DNA from: Octopus vulgaris
Taxonomy: Eukaryota
Reading direction: 5' to 3'
Length of the DNA: 64,000 nt
Assembly (NCBI GenBank): GCA_951406725.2
Contig: OX597820.1
Coordinates: 21,452,001 to 21,516,000 of the forward strand
The first letter of the stretch is position 1, and every line of letters starts with the position of its first letter. Both the position numbers and the translations under genes were made by a program. The notes under the pieces are model-generated. The model ran no database searches. It worked only from the letters and a program-made list of their open reading frames with translations, and was not told where the DNA came from. This document shows positions 51,846 through 64,000 of the stretch, in pieces.

Positions 51846-52019
51846 CTTCATCGTCTTCATTGAAGAAGTCGTCATCAGAAAGTCCATCATAGTCTTCAGT
51901 TGTAATTTCTGGACAAATATTGTGACCATTTGGTATGATCACTGTGTCATCCTCATCGGCTTCATAGCCGTCAGTGTCTGGCATTCCTCTCAATGAAGGT
52001 GGATACATGTTGATTCCAT
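51846..52019 (-). CDS. Probable acidic alternative exon (cassette or alternative first exon)
   Basis: Open Asp/Glu-rich frame DGINMYPPSLRGMPDTDGYEADEDDTVIIPNGHNICPEITTEDYDGLSDDDFFNEDDE(G). Donor GAA G|gtattt, phase 1. Acceptor uncertain (gtag| at 52019 or gaag| at 52028, both phase 1). Confidence 0.62.
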
Positions 52020-53929
52020 CTACATCCTCTTCATTGCGAACATAGCAAAGGCAGATACTCAAAATAAAGTATGATTGATGGTACGCATACCGCTTGCTTG
52101 CATGCAACAAATTTTAAATGAAAATTGGACCTTACAGAATTAATGTATATATATATATAGGGCTTCATGGAACCATTATATTTAGATGAATTGAAATATA
52201 AATGGTTGGATTAAAATATATTTTCACCAATCTGTATAAATGCTTATTCTTTTTGATAATGATAAATGACATAAATGTTTACGAAGTACTCTTTTACAGT
52301 AACAATCACAAATTGACTTTAAATCTTTCAGACAGTAACTCATCTCAAAAGAGGCTGATCCAATGAAATAGTTTTTTTTTTATATCTCGTGAAATCTTTA
52401 ACAACCACTAACCATTATACATTTCATGATGGCGAAGTCCTTAAAACTTAACCTATGCATTTTAAATTCAATGTTATTGGACATGTAGCATTAATTAGTA
52501 ATTTAAAGATATGTCGATGGTTTTTCCCATAACATTTTAAGTTAACAGCTTTTGGCTTTTTTTTTGTTTTTTTTCGGAATTCAGTTTGAATTCCGAATAG
52601 ATAACAGTTGTAGTTTACAACTAATATAACTTACTTTCATAAGTGAGGCTTACGAAAGGAAGGAACATATTGAATTTATAATTTACATACATATAAGTTC
52701 TATTGATAGCTTAATAATCATCATTTTCAAGTTTCATTGTCATATCTTATATATATCAATACTGACATCTTTCCAAAAGACTTTAGATTTAACCCATACA
52801 GTCAGTTATTTAACATTTACATTATTAAAATATCCAAATGAATTAATTAATTTTGTGTACATTTTGCTAAATAATGGTTTCAGATTCTTCAGTGCAATAA
52901 CATAAGTAGTCTTCATTCCCCAAAGATTCAAATCAACTTCTAAAAGCCAAAATTAATGTCCAACTTACATTCTGGCTTTTTATAAAATTATATAGGCTAT
53001 ATGTATTTCTTGCTATTTCAAATCAATTAAACAAAAGCAAAGCAAAAGTTTTACTTATAGTTCAGCAGCTATATCTTTAAAGATTCTTTCTCAAATGAAA
53101 TTAATTTTGAAAATTATTTTTTATATTTATTCTAAGTGTTTCAGTGCGGGAAATAAATTGCAGATTTCACAAGAAATAAATAATGTTACTGTCTGTATTA
53201 CAAAATTAATCTATTTGTAATTGATTCCTATTTAAAAGTACTTCATAATTATTACTTAAAATAATTAACATATAATTTGAGGACTTTAGCCTTTATGATT
53301 GAGTTTAACTATAATTTATATAAAACATAAATTTAACTGAACATCGTTTAAGATATTTGTTAAGATTACATGAACATATGACATAAAACAAGAATACAGA
53401 AGACATTATACAAAAATTACTCATGACAGTTGCACAAATAACAATTAGTTATAACAAAAACTACAACAGTGCTCTTATATATGTAATTATGGCATGAACG
53501 ATCATGAAACTACGAACATGATGCAATGTGAATGACGAATAGATAACAGATAACTGACAGGAACGTATCAAAACTATATCTTTATGACCAGCATTCATTG
53601 CAAACAGTAATAACAATGCATGATTTTTTTTTGGAAGATATTGATCGGAGCATGTAATCTACATTTTAGAGACTTAATTATCTGCAGAAACTATTCCGTG
53701 TAAATGAGATATATGCAATAATTATGCTATCTCAATGAACATGCATTTATGCTTATGTACATTCATATGTGGTTTCCTTTTCTTTGTGCATTTTATCCAA
53801 CTGATTATTATTATTATAGATTCCTGCTATTAATGTATTATTTATGTAATCAATTTTTTTGTTTCTCTACTTTTGCATTTTCATTAATATATTTATTAAC
53901 GATAAAAGGAATACTTGTTTGAATTTTTG

Positions 53930-53978
<49 letters not shown>

Positions 53979-56900
53979 TAGAGCATGGAGCATCAGGCAA
54001 TGTCATTGTTAAAGCAATTTGTTAGTGCTGAAGGCAAAGTTTAGGGAGAATTCAAATCTCTTGATATGAACCTCTCTATGTACTGATAGCCAGAGCCAGC
54101 CCATTTATCTCTGTTTCTTTCTTGTTTTATTTTATTATATGCGCTTTATTTGTATGTTGATTTCTGGTTTGTGTTTTGCTATAAATAATGCTTCCAGAAT
54201 AAATCTAGTTTTATCTTTTAAGTTTTATATAGAATAGTAGTGTTATCAACTGATATTTTTCTATCTGCATTGTGTACTGCATTGTAATGTGCTGTAATGA
54301 CTCCTCATTGTAAATGTATGGCCAGTCAATGAGAAAATGCTGTACTTATGTGTTCTATGTAACAGATTGATCAATGAAGTTCATAGATTTCATGTTCTCA
54401 TTGAGATATATAGATGGCATTAGTTGTACAAAGTTTGTTTTTTGAATTGAAGTTTTGTGGCTTTTACATTGATATGCTGAGGAAAATTATTATTGATCAA
54501 TTTATCACTGATTTATAATCCTTTCAAATTGTCATGCAATTAACATTATAATTGCACAGTATTTATAACGTCATTATCACACATTACAATTATAAATAGT
54601 AATTCATGGCTGATTGCTATCATTGATTGCTTCAAAAACTTCTGCATCATCATGTAACTGCCGCATCATATGTAGATGACTACAGGCATAATTGCTGACA
54701 TGGCAATGAGAGAAGCTCACAATGTATCAGTGAAAAACATATACTAATATGAAATTAACACTGAAAATCTATTAAAACACATTGCCAGGTAATTAAGTTA
54801 CAGTTTTATCCTAACATAAGTTTGAACACAGTTTTAGTTTCTTGTTATGAGTATTATATTCATAACATTTCATGAATAAAAGGAAAAGAAATAATTGGTT
54901 TCAATTCTCCATTATATTATACATTGTAATAGTTACAACTCTGCTTTCATATATAATTTCATAAACTGGTCTGCATCCTGCTTTCTTCAGATATTTCTTC
55001 CAGAAGAACTGGATATTTTGTAAAATTTGGTTTGTAACTTTCAATACCAAAATAGCGACTTTAATTTTGAAAGTTGCAATTTTAAAAATCTTTTTCACTT
55101 CCACAAACTTAGTGAAAGTAAAATATTAAAATAAAGGGGGTCCATGTTATATATTCACAAAAAATATGTTCCTCTATCTAAAAATGAGTGGTGACAGTTG
55201 GAAAATATCGTCCAGACATTATCTTTTTCCTTACAGTCATCAAAAAAATATGATTTTAATGCCTCTTAGAATGTTGACAATATTTCAAAAATCTGGACAA
55301 ATTAACTTAAGATAACTCTTAATCAATGCCAAGCAGACAATGAGCATTCTTTCCAAACTCATCAAAAACTATTTCTAATCTACACAGAAATATAATTGAT
55401 GTGAAACTAGCCATTTTCTATGAAAGTGAAAATTTAAGAATCTTGTTTTTCAAAAATTAATCAATGTCATAGTTATGTAGAAATTCTATAAACTATTATA
55501 TATCTGCAGGTTTAGAATAATGTGAGGAAATACCAAAAGCATCATTTGGCCTTGCACTTTTGAAATTCTTTCATTCACATAGTGTTTTGATATGTATTCT
55601 GTATTTATTCTACAGAACTTAATGTAAATCAAGTTTCAAATTCATTTAAACTTGAGCTTCTATGCTACGGTTTTTGTGTTCTGACAAAGCCTTAATATAT
55701 CTATATTTCATTGCTACCTTTGAAAATAAATATTCTTAGTCAATTATATTTAATAGCAAAGCCTTACAATAGAGGTCATTTTAATATAGTTTTATGTATA
55801 CAATGATAGAAATGATTTAGACAGATAACATCAGATGAAAATAATTATTGTATCTTATTTCAGTATTAGATGGTGCTGAATTCAAATCACCTATTTAGGT
55901 TGCCAGAATAAATACAAGTAATGAAGTGAAAACAAGAATATTCCTTAGAGAACATTAGTCTCATACCTAACAGAGTGAAATCAGAATTACTTCTATATTT
56001 TTACATTATGAATGATGAACATCTTGACTGTGGAAAGACACATACACCCATCATGAGTTATTATTAATAAACAAGCTTTCTAATCTACATGTTTTAGATA
56101 CATAAAATTATTTTACCTTTGAGATTAATTGGAAAGTTACTTCAATAATGATGCAAGTCTTTTGATGAATTATTTGTAGCACATATTCGTAAGTGATGAT
56201 TTCCAGTAAAACAGAATTTAGAAAACGCAATTTCTTAATTAAAATTGAATGGTGGCTGCTGGCTGTGTATATCATCTTGAAAATCACTGATAACAAATTC
56301 AAATGTGACTATTGGTTTGTTCATTTGATGACATAGTTCTATAATTAAATGTAGCACTTTGATGTTCAATTATAAAACTTTGTTATTAAATATAACAAAC
56401 CTCCAGCAAAGACAGATGTCTAGAATTTACTGAGAAATATAAACAAATCAATATCGCTAAAGTTTCCTGCATTCTGATATTTCATAACAGCAATCATTCA
56501 AATTTAATAAATATAATATTCGTTCTCTTATTAATCAGAACTACCAAATGTGTGCTACATGCAATTCTTTAAGAATAATAATAATAATAAAAAGTTTATA
56601 ATAAGCAGTTTTAGCGGGTGGTATACTGACAGAAACTGTTTATCAAAAACTTTTTAACTTTGGTTAGAACATCAACTACACATTACCAGCAAACCAATAT
56701 TACTGATATAAAAATTCACGAGACCAGCGCACAGACATTAAGCGTGTGTTATAATACTGCTTTTTTTGATAATAATGATAGATTAATATAGAGATACATC
56801 GATAGATACATTGAGAAACAAAGAGAGAGACAGCTAGATAGATAGATAGTTAGGTAATATGCAAGACTAAAATATGTGTAACTGATGTAAAATATATATT

Positions 56901-57851
56901 TTTTTGCAATATTGTGTTATATAATAGTGCTCATTTACAAGTTAGCTTGTTAAAATATTTCAAGATTTTTCTGGCTTCCAGTGAATTTAAGTAACAAGGT
57001 AGACTTCCTTGAAAACTAAGGTAGTTCAAAATTATGTTATTTGCAGACCATTCATTTAGCTTTCAGTATGAGGACTGTAAAGCTGTTTCATACATTCACC
57101 ACACAAGTACAAATAATACACACACTCACACACACACACACTCAGCACAGCACATACACACACAAACAGCACATACACACAAGCACACACATACACACAT
57201 ACGACACACACATACAGCACTTACACACACACAAATACCACACACACATTCATGTAAACATACACAATAATAATAAAAATAAAGAAATCCTTATATATAT
57301 ATACATATTAACATATATATATATATGAATCATATGAAGTATAACATAATATACATGTGTATAGTATACACACGTTTATATGTGCATATAAAAGATATTA
57401 TACACTATAATATATATTATACATACACACATATGCACATACATGCATGCACATGCACACACATACATACTGACACACATTATACTGTACTTTTCAGTCG
57501 TGTGAAGAACACTTCTTCAGTGTTTTAGCTAAGTAAAAATATATATATATATTATTGAAGTTGACTACTCTTTCGTCGACATTAACTCAAGCTCAAAATT
57601 AATCTTAGTCAATTATATATATAAATAGATAGATGCAAAGATAGATATATAGATATATAATATATTTATGTTTAAATATTATATAAATATATGTTTAGAA
57701 TTGACTATGAATTTGAACTTAAGAATTGCCTGTCATATGCATATTATATATAATACATTTATATTATAAATGTATATATATATATTATATATATATATAT
57801 TGTAATATATTTTACACAATATACTATACTATATATTCATATATAGACTTA

Positions 57852-57909
<58 letters not shown>

Positions 57910-59048
57910 GTATATATATATATATGTAATTAGGAGCCAGATAAAATCTTAAAGAAATGTAGCTGGTGTTGTATTTTAATTGTGAAAAAAAAAATATTGC
58001 ATGCGTTGGCATTTTAAAAAAAAGTAGTACAATTATGATCACTACTTATGAGTATTATCAAAGGTATTTCTGAATAGCCCTCGATGGACCAGAATATTCT
58101 ATTCTTCAGTATTGTTTAAAGGCAGAGAAATCAGTCTGTTTTCACATTTTCATAATTTTCTGTTTCAGATTTCAAACATTATTTCTCTCTTATTCAACTC
58201 TTCCTCATGCACTTTCTTTCCTTATCAATCTCTACTATCCTTCCACATAAGTTTCTAATCAGTATTGCCATGATAACAATCTATAATATCTAATTTCAAT
58301 ATATTATATATATAAGGAATATTTCATTATTAATTTAAGGGTTGGTGTTTGTGTTTCTTAGTTTAATCCATTTACTTTTCCTTACTAGTACAGCCCAGCC
58401 CAATGTGCCAGTCTACTAACCCCATAACTATAAGTTCTGTAGATGAGTAGTTTTTAAGAAGAATTCTTTCTTCTATTCCAGCACTGTGTCTAGAATTTCT
58501 TGATAGTTATGCCATATTAATAATCAAAGTAATTTTGTAAATTATTTTCACAAATTAATTTGGATATTTTCACAATTAATTTAGATATCTTGTTTCACAT
58601 TCTTCTTTTTTTTGGCATATTTAGTACTCAAAATTCCAACAAGATTTACTGTTGTTATGAAACTCATAATTTAGCCCTGACTAAACAGATGTAGAATAAT
58701 CGAAGGTATTCTAGCCATTGTCATCCCATTTGTCTCAGATAAGGCATATCTCAAACTACATGATCCAATGAGACCCTTCCTTCTTAAGGCAATGGTTTAA
58801 TTTAAAGGAAATGCACCTTCTATTTCTAGCAGGTCAACAACTCGATGGAGCCTTCACCACTGTTTTTTTATATAGTACTACTCTTCTAATTGATGTTAAT
58901 CACACATTTTTTTCTGGTAATTTTGAGATATTTCATTATTTACTTTACAGTGATTGTTGCTGGTGATTATTTGACTCTCATAACAAAGATTTTTTACAAT
59001 TTACATATACCTGTTTTCCCCTTTAAGTGTTTACATGATTCCATTTTT

Positions 59049-59230
59049 GGTAGAATCATTAGCATGCAAAGAAAAATGCTTTGCAGCATTTTGTCCATCC
59101 TTACATTCCGAGTTCAAATTCTGCCGAGGTCAACTTTGTCTTTCATCCTTTCAGGATCGATGAAATAAGTACTAATAATCGACTACCCCACTGCCCCCAA
59201 ATTTCAGGCCTTGTGCCTATATTAGAAAGA
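59049..59230 (+). mobile_element. SINE family B, degenerate
   Basis: gagttcaaattctgccgaggtcaactttgtctttcatcctttc matches the 42162 body. Confidence 0.72.
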
Positions 59231-59622
59231 TTATTATTATTATCATTATTATTATTATTACCATTATTATTATTATTACTATTGTTATTATCATTATTAT
59301 GTATTGCTGTTATTTTAATTTAGAGAAGCTTATTATTATTACTAATACTACCATTATTATTATCATAGAATACAAAAAATTATTTTTGCTGTTATTATTT
59401 TATTATTATTGTTATTAATGCATTTATTATTATTATTATTATTACTATTATTATTATTATTATTATCATTATGTATTGCCATTATTTTAATTTAGAGAAG
59501 CTTATTATTATTACTAATGCTACCATTATTATAATCATAGAATGCAAGAAATTATTATTGCTGTTATTACTTTATTATTATTGTCATTAATGCTTTTATT
59601 ATTATTATTATTGTTATTATTA
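59230..59622. repeat. (TTA)n-rich tract with an internal tandem duplication of about 170 bp
   Basis: ttattttaatttagagaagcttattattattactaat occurs at about 59310 and 59482. Confidence 0.8.
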
Positions 59623-60300
59623 AACGACGATGCATTGACAGAATTGATAAAGAAGCAGATAGTATGTAGTTACGCCTCTTTAAGGTCTGATTTTGAATCC
59701 TGCCAAGGTTATCCTCACTTTCCATCCTTCTGGGGTCAATAAAATAAGCACCAGTACCTGTGAAGTATTGCAGTTGAAATAAGTAACCATACCACTACCC
59801 CTAATTGTATGGCCCTGAATTCATTAAAGAAATCATTCTTATTTTCAAATAACGAAGCTAATTTACATGAAGATAAAGTTTTGTTGAGATTTGATATTAG
59901 TAACAAAATTTAGGAGACATGAATTACCCTATCTCTAATTTTTTTCTTTAATTCATTGACAAAATAGTTCACTACTATATTTTAGGTTAATTTGGCTAAG
60001 TTCTAGGAATCATTTTTAAATTACCTCTCCAATTATTAAACACTTTTTTTGTTGTATAGCTAAGTTACTTTTGCTAGTCATTATATCTTGATATAAAATT
60101 TTCATATAATATTGTAATATTAAATAAAATGTTCATATAATAACAGTCTTTGCATCATTTATTTTTATGAATTTTTCTTCAATAATACTATAATAGAATA
60201 GTATAGTATGCATCAAGCATTATCTGATATATATATATAAATTTTTTTGTAATGAGATAAAAAACCAAAGCTGAGTAGATTTTTGAACATTTATAGATAG

Positions 60301-60349
60301 GTCCTACAGCTGTTTCCAGGATATTTATTATATCCCTTCATCAGAGACG
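60301..60349 (-). ncRNA. Minimal type I hammerhead ribozyme motif (Penelope-like-element type)
   Basis: gtct-CTGATGA-a-GGGATAT-aataa-ATATCCT-g-GAAAC-agct-GTA-ggac. Intact core boxes, 7-bp stem II, palindromic stem III ACAGCTGT, 4-bp stem I. Confidence 0.68.
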
Positions 60350-60354
60350 TGTGT

Positions 60355-60425
<71 letters not shown>

Positions 60426-62630
60426 AAATGGTTTAAATTATATTTTTTAATCCAAGATAGGGCCTTCACTTTGAAATATTGAAACATTGAAATACAAGGT
60501 TAAAAGTACGAACCACTGGCTTGTATTAATAATTTTCATAACTTCCATTATTTTTGGGCTTTTAAAACAATGCTTGACTAATTTAAATACTACAATAATA
60601 TGCTTAAATGCAAAAAGATCTAACTGAAACTTTAAAAGGATATTTCAATTGAAGAACCTTGATGGTGTCTTATTTTCTATAAAATAGAGTTCATGTGTAA
60701 TACTATAATGGATGTACTTTTAAAATCACTTGTTATATTAGTGTATAATTCATTACCAATGTAATACTAATCATTTTGAAACTGAAGTTACTAAAATATA
60801 TATAACTTTGGAAATTGGAGCTTACCTCTGTTAAGAATTAAATCTTTCATATTTTAAAACAGCAAATGAATTTCTAATGAAAAATGATTATAGAGATTTC
60901 TTCTTTTTAAAAAATACATAATTTTGATGCATTAATTCAATTTTAAAGATTAAAATTTCAAATATTATTTACCTAACAAATTAAGTATAGAATAAATTAT
61001 TATTGTATGCTTTAGATAATTAATTTACTAAACCCAATATAGGTTCTTGCATTAAAATATAACGATCCATGCTGAAATATTTAACATGTTTTGTGGGAGA
61101 ATATGCTTCAAATGTTTACTATGGCATACGAATGAAGAACTAGATTTCTATCAAACACATACACCCATCATGCATACATAAATACATACATACATACATA
61201 CATACATACATACCTTAATGCATGCATACGTTATCATCACTAGGTTCCATTCATAAATTATCTTCACTGATGGTGATTTCATAAATTCCAAAATGGTTCA
61301 ATAATAGGAGTTAGTATTATAATTGAAATTAGTATGTAGAAGAATCGCAACCCCAATATGTTTCTCTATGCATATATATATATATATGAACTTGTATGTA
61401 TGCATATATATATATAAATATATATGTGGTGATTTGGTAGAGTTACAACACCTGAGTGCAAGGGTTGTGTTTGTATTTCATCCCATAGGTTCAGCAAATA
61501 AAGCCCCAGGCCAGTATTATCGATTCTTCACTCTCCTTCTCTCTAGGGGGAAATCAGCCATATTCAGAGTTAGAAAAAGATTAAGCTTCAAACACTTAAA
61601 AATGTGCAAGGTGCAAGACATATGTCATATGTCGCCACAGTGTCCCAACAACTTCACCTGGGCTATGATCATATATATATATATGTATATATATATACAC
61701 ACAAATGAAATCTGGAGAGCATAGCAGGACATTATTTATTTACAACATCCGTACATGTGTTTTGGTGCCAATCACAAAACAGGTTCCATCAGGATAGCTA
61801 TATGCAATCCTAGATCATCACATCATCAGAGGTTTCTGTTAGAAATGCTCCAAAGACCCTTAACAAGAAAGTTTGCCAAAATAACATGATTTCTTTTAAC
61901 AGGGGTCTTTTTTAAAGAATAAGGAATAAATTGAATTCTAAAATATTGCTTGTATTTTGAGCAACTGTAATTCTCAACAGATGAGGGTTCCACATTTTAT
62001 GGAAAATAAGACAACCTGCACAAATGATAAGTTAATAGTGATGGAATGCTTCTGCTGTACCTGAGCTCATTGCATCCATCAAATCAACATTGGTTATCCG
62101 ATGCATTATATACCACATGTCAAATGTCAAGGTTATCACAGAGCAACACAAAATAAAGTGTTTTACTCAAAAACACAATATATCACCTTGTCCAGAAATT
62201 GATCACGAGTGCAACACTGTAACCTCTAGGCCATTTACCTTCATTCTATCTCTATATATGGGTTCAATCCTACTGCATACCACATTGGAGAAGGGTCTTA
62301 TATCACACTGCAGAGTTAGTTAATGCCATGTGGATGGAAGTTGGTAGATAGAATTTACATAGAAGGCTGAAGGATGTATATCAGCAGGTGAACAGCAGAA
62401 TCAGTAAGCTCTAATATTTCGTTGCACACAACTTTGTTCTGATTGCAAATCCCACACTGGTTCCTTCTGATTTTCCATCTTCCAAAGTTGATAAAATATA
62501 CAGGAGTCAAAATGGTGTTGTTAATTAAAGAACAATGCTTGAAAGAGATGTCCTTGCACGACTGCCCTCCAATGACTTAAACCAACTCAATATATATATA
62601 TATATGAATTACATTTAAGTATAAAGCTAG

Positions 62631-62676
<46 letters not shown>

Positions 62677-62678
<2 letters not shown>

Positions 62679-62913
62679 CATGCACATACCTACACTCACT
62701 TAACTCATACACATGCACATTCATGCACACATACATACACATACATTACTGCTTACATATGTATTATATATATATACACACACAAATATATATATATATA
62801 TATATAATGCATGAACATACCTACACTCACTTCACTCACACACTCACTCATACACATGCACATTCATACACACATACATACACATACATATAGATTACTG
62901 CTTACGAATGTAT

Positions 62914-62940
<27 letters not shown>
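62677..62940. repeat. Tandem duplication (~130 bp) within CA/TA microsatellite
   Basis: atgcatgNacatacctacactcactt...attactgcttac occurs at about 62677 and 62807. Confidence 0.75.
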
Positions 62941-62948
<8 letters not shown>

Positions 62949-63139
62949 TTACATATTTATATATATATATGAGCAATAATGCTCAATAAACTGCCTTTTC
63001 TAGTTGGAAATACCCTTTTGATGAACAAAATGCCAACCTTTAGTTGTAATCTTCTTTAGCAGATCCTATGCCGCCATTACAAATGCCCATGCGGAATATC
63101 AGTAGAGGTTGGTTTCATTGTTGCATGCGCATTACCTAC

Positions 63140-63358
63140 CTTCTTCATACTCAAAAATAGTTGTAGGTTGTTTCCGATATGGCTGAGGAGACTTAGCCTT
63201 TTTTGGCATATCTTTGTTTGGAGCTTGGAATTGGGGTGAGGGAGATCGGGATTTTGGTGTTTTACCTGCATCCTCATCAGCGATGGGCTCATTGACAGTG
63301 GGAAGAGGCGGCTGTGGCGCGGGCGCGGGCGCTTCTTCTTTCGGCTCTGGTTCGGCAG
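63140..63358 (-). CDS. unc-22: Twitchin PEVK-like exon
   Basis: atcacag|CT ... GAA G|gtaggt, 219 nt, phase 1-1. AEPEPKEEAPAPAPQPPLPTVNEPIADEDAGKTPKSRSPSPQF...IFEYEE(G). GC-rich against an AT-rich background. Confidence 0.88.
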
Positions 63359-63739
63359 CTGTGATAGCAAGCAGGGCAAATACAGACTTGTTGAACAACA
63401 CAGAACTAACATGCTTTGACAACATATATTTTAGACAAAGACAAAATCAATTATACTCAGTTTTAAATTGCTAGGATATTGATTTTCAATTTAAAGACAA
63501 AAACTAATAACTATGTTAATTTTAAATATCTTTAACAGTAATCCGTGTGATATAGTTCTCAATGTTCTAATTTATTATAAAAGTTAATCTTTTTTCTCAA
63601 ACATTTCTGTTCACTGAATATACTGATTTTCATTTTGAAAATTAGATTTACATATGGTTCTAGATATTTATTATTATACAAATTTATATACATACATGAT
63701 TACATATATGCATACATACATGTGTGTGTGTGTAGAAGC

Positions 63740-63943
63740 ATATGCTGTTGTGTCTGAAGTGAGTCATTTTCTTTTTGTACCTTATAATGTAACACACTCA
63801 GAGTCAAGACTATTGAAAAGGTTGCAAGACTCGACGAAAATTTTAGGAAAATAAAAATAAGAAATAAGTGAAAATTTTACCAGTGAGTGTGTTACATTAT
63901 AAGGCACAAAAAGAAAATGACTCTTCCCAGACACAACAGAATA
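63740..63943. repeat. Inverted repeat, ~60-bp arms with ~83-bp spacer
   Basis: 63740-63800 (gagtcattttctttttgtaccttataatgtaacacactca) is complementary to 63884-63943 (tgagtgtgttacattataaggcacaaaaagaaaatgactc). Confidence 0.85.
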
Positions 63944-64000
63944 TATCTTGATATCCTCTATAATATTATACACTTGATTTTTTTTGATATTACACTTATT

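Larger units (their letters stand above)
1..63358 (-). other. unc-22: Twitchin (UNC-22/projectin-like giant muscle protein) gene, internal portion; runs off both window ends
   Basis: At least 14 GT-AG exons splice in frame. Order is PEVK-like segment, Ig, DFRSLL motif, RRASLADVIPDW PKA site, tandem I-set Ig domains. This is the layout described for Mytilus twitchin (PEVK between Ig6 and Ig7; DFRxxL and D1 site between Ig7 and Ig8). Ig numbering is by analogy. Confidence 0.88.

Noticed and set aside
54600-55560. Mildly GC-elevated block with ORF 54901-55104, possibly a transposase relic or exon
   Set aside because: No recognisable motif or compatible splice sites by eye; needs a homology search.
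63214-63474. Plus-strand ORFs opposite exons (also 2605, 3238, 18985, 29735, 51610)
   Set aside because: Antisense shadows of twitchin coding exons.

Overview
AT-rich, microsatellite-dense eukaryotic genomic DNA. The SINE content and the gene point to an octopus/coleoid cephalopod (inference). The whole window lies inside one minus-strand, multi-exon gene for the giant muscle protein twitchin (UNC-22/projectin family). Hand-spliced exons with compatible phases give, in protein order: a PEVK-like segment, an Ig domain, a DFRxxL actin-binding motif, a low-complexity linker with several RRxS PKA sites including the molluscan D1-type site (RRASLADVIPDW), then three Ig domains and the start of a fourth. 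This matches the Ig6-Ig11 layout known for Mytilus twitchin. The regulatory linker is spread over about 58 kb and holds an 11-nt frame-bridging microexon, several symmetric cassette exons (one with a probable GC donor), a candidate internal first exon and splicing-factor motif clusters. The introns hold at least three tRNA-derived SINE families, RTE/CR1 LINE ends, a Helitron-type element, TTAA MITEs and several hammerhead-ribozyme-like motifs. Most ORFs in the supplied track are microsatellite or repeat artefacts. No database search was run.
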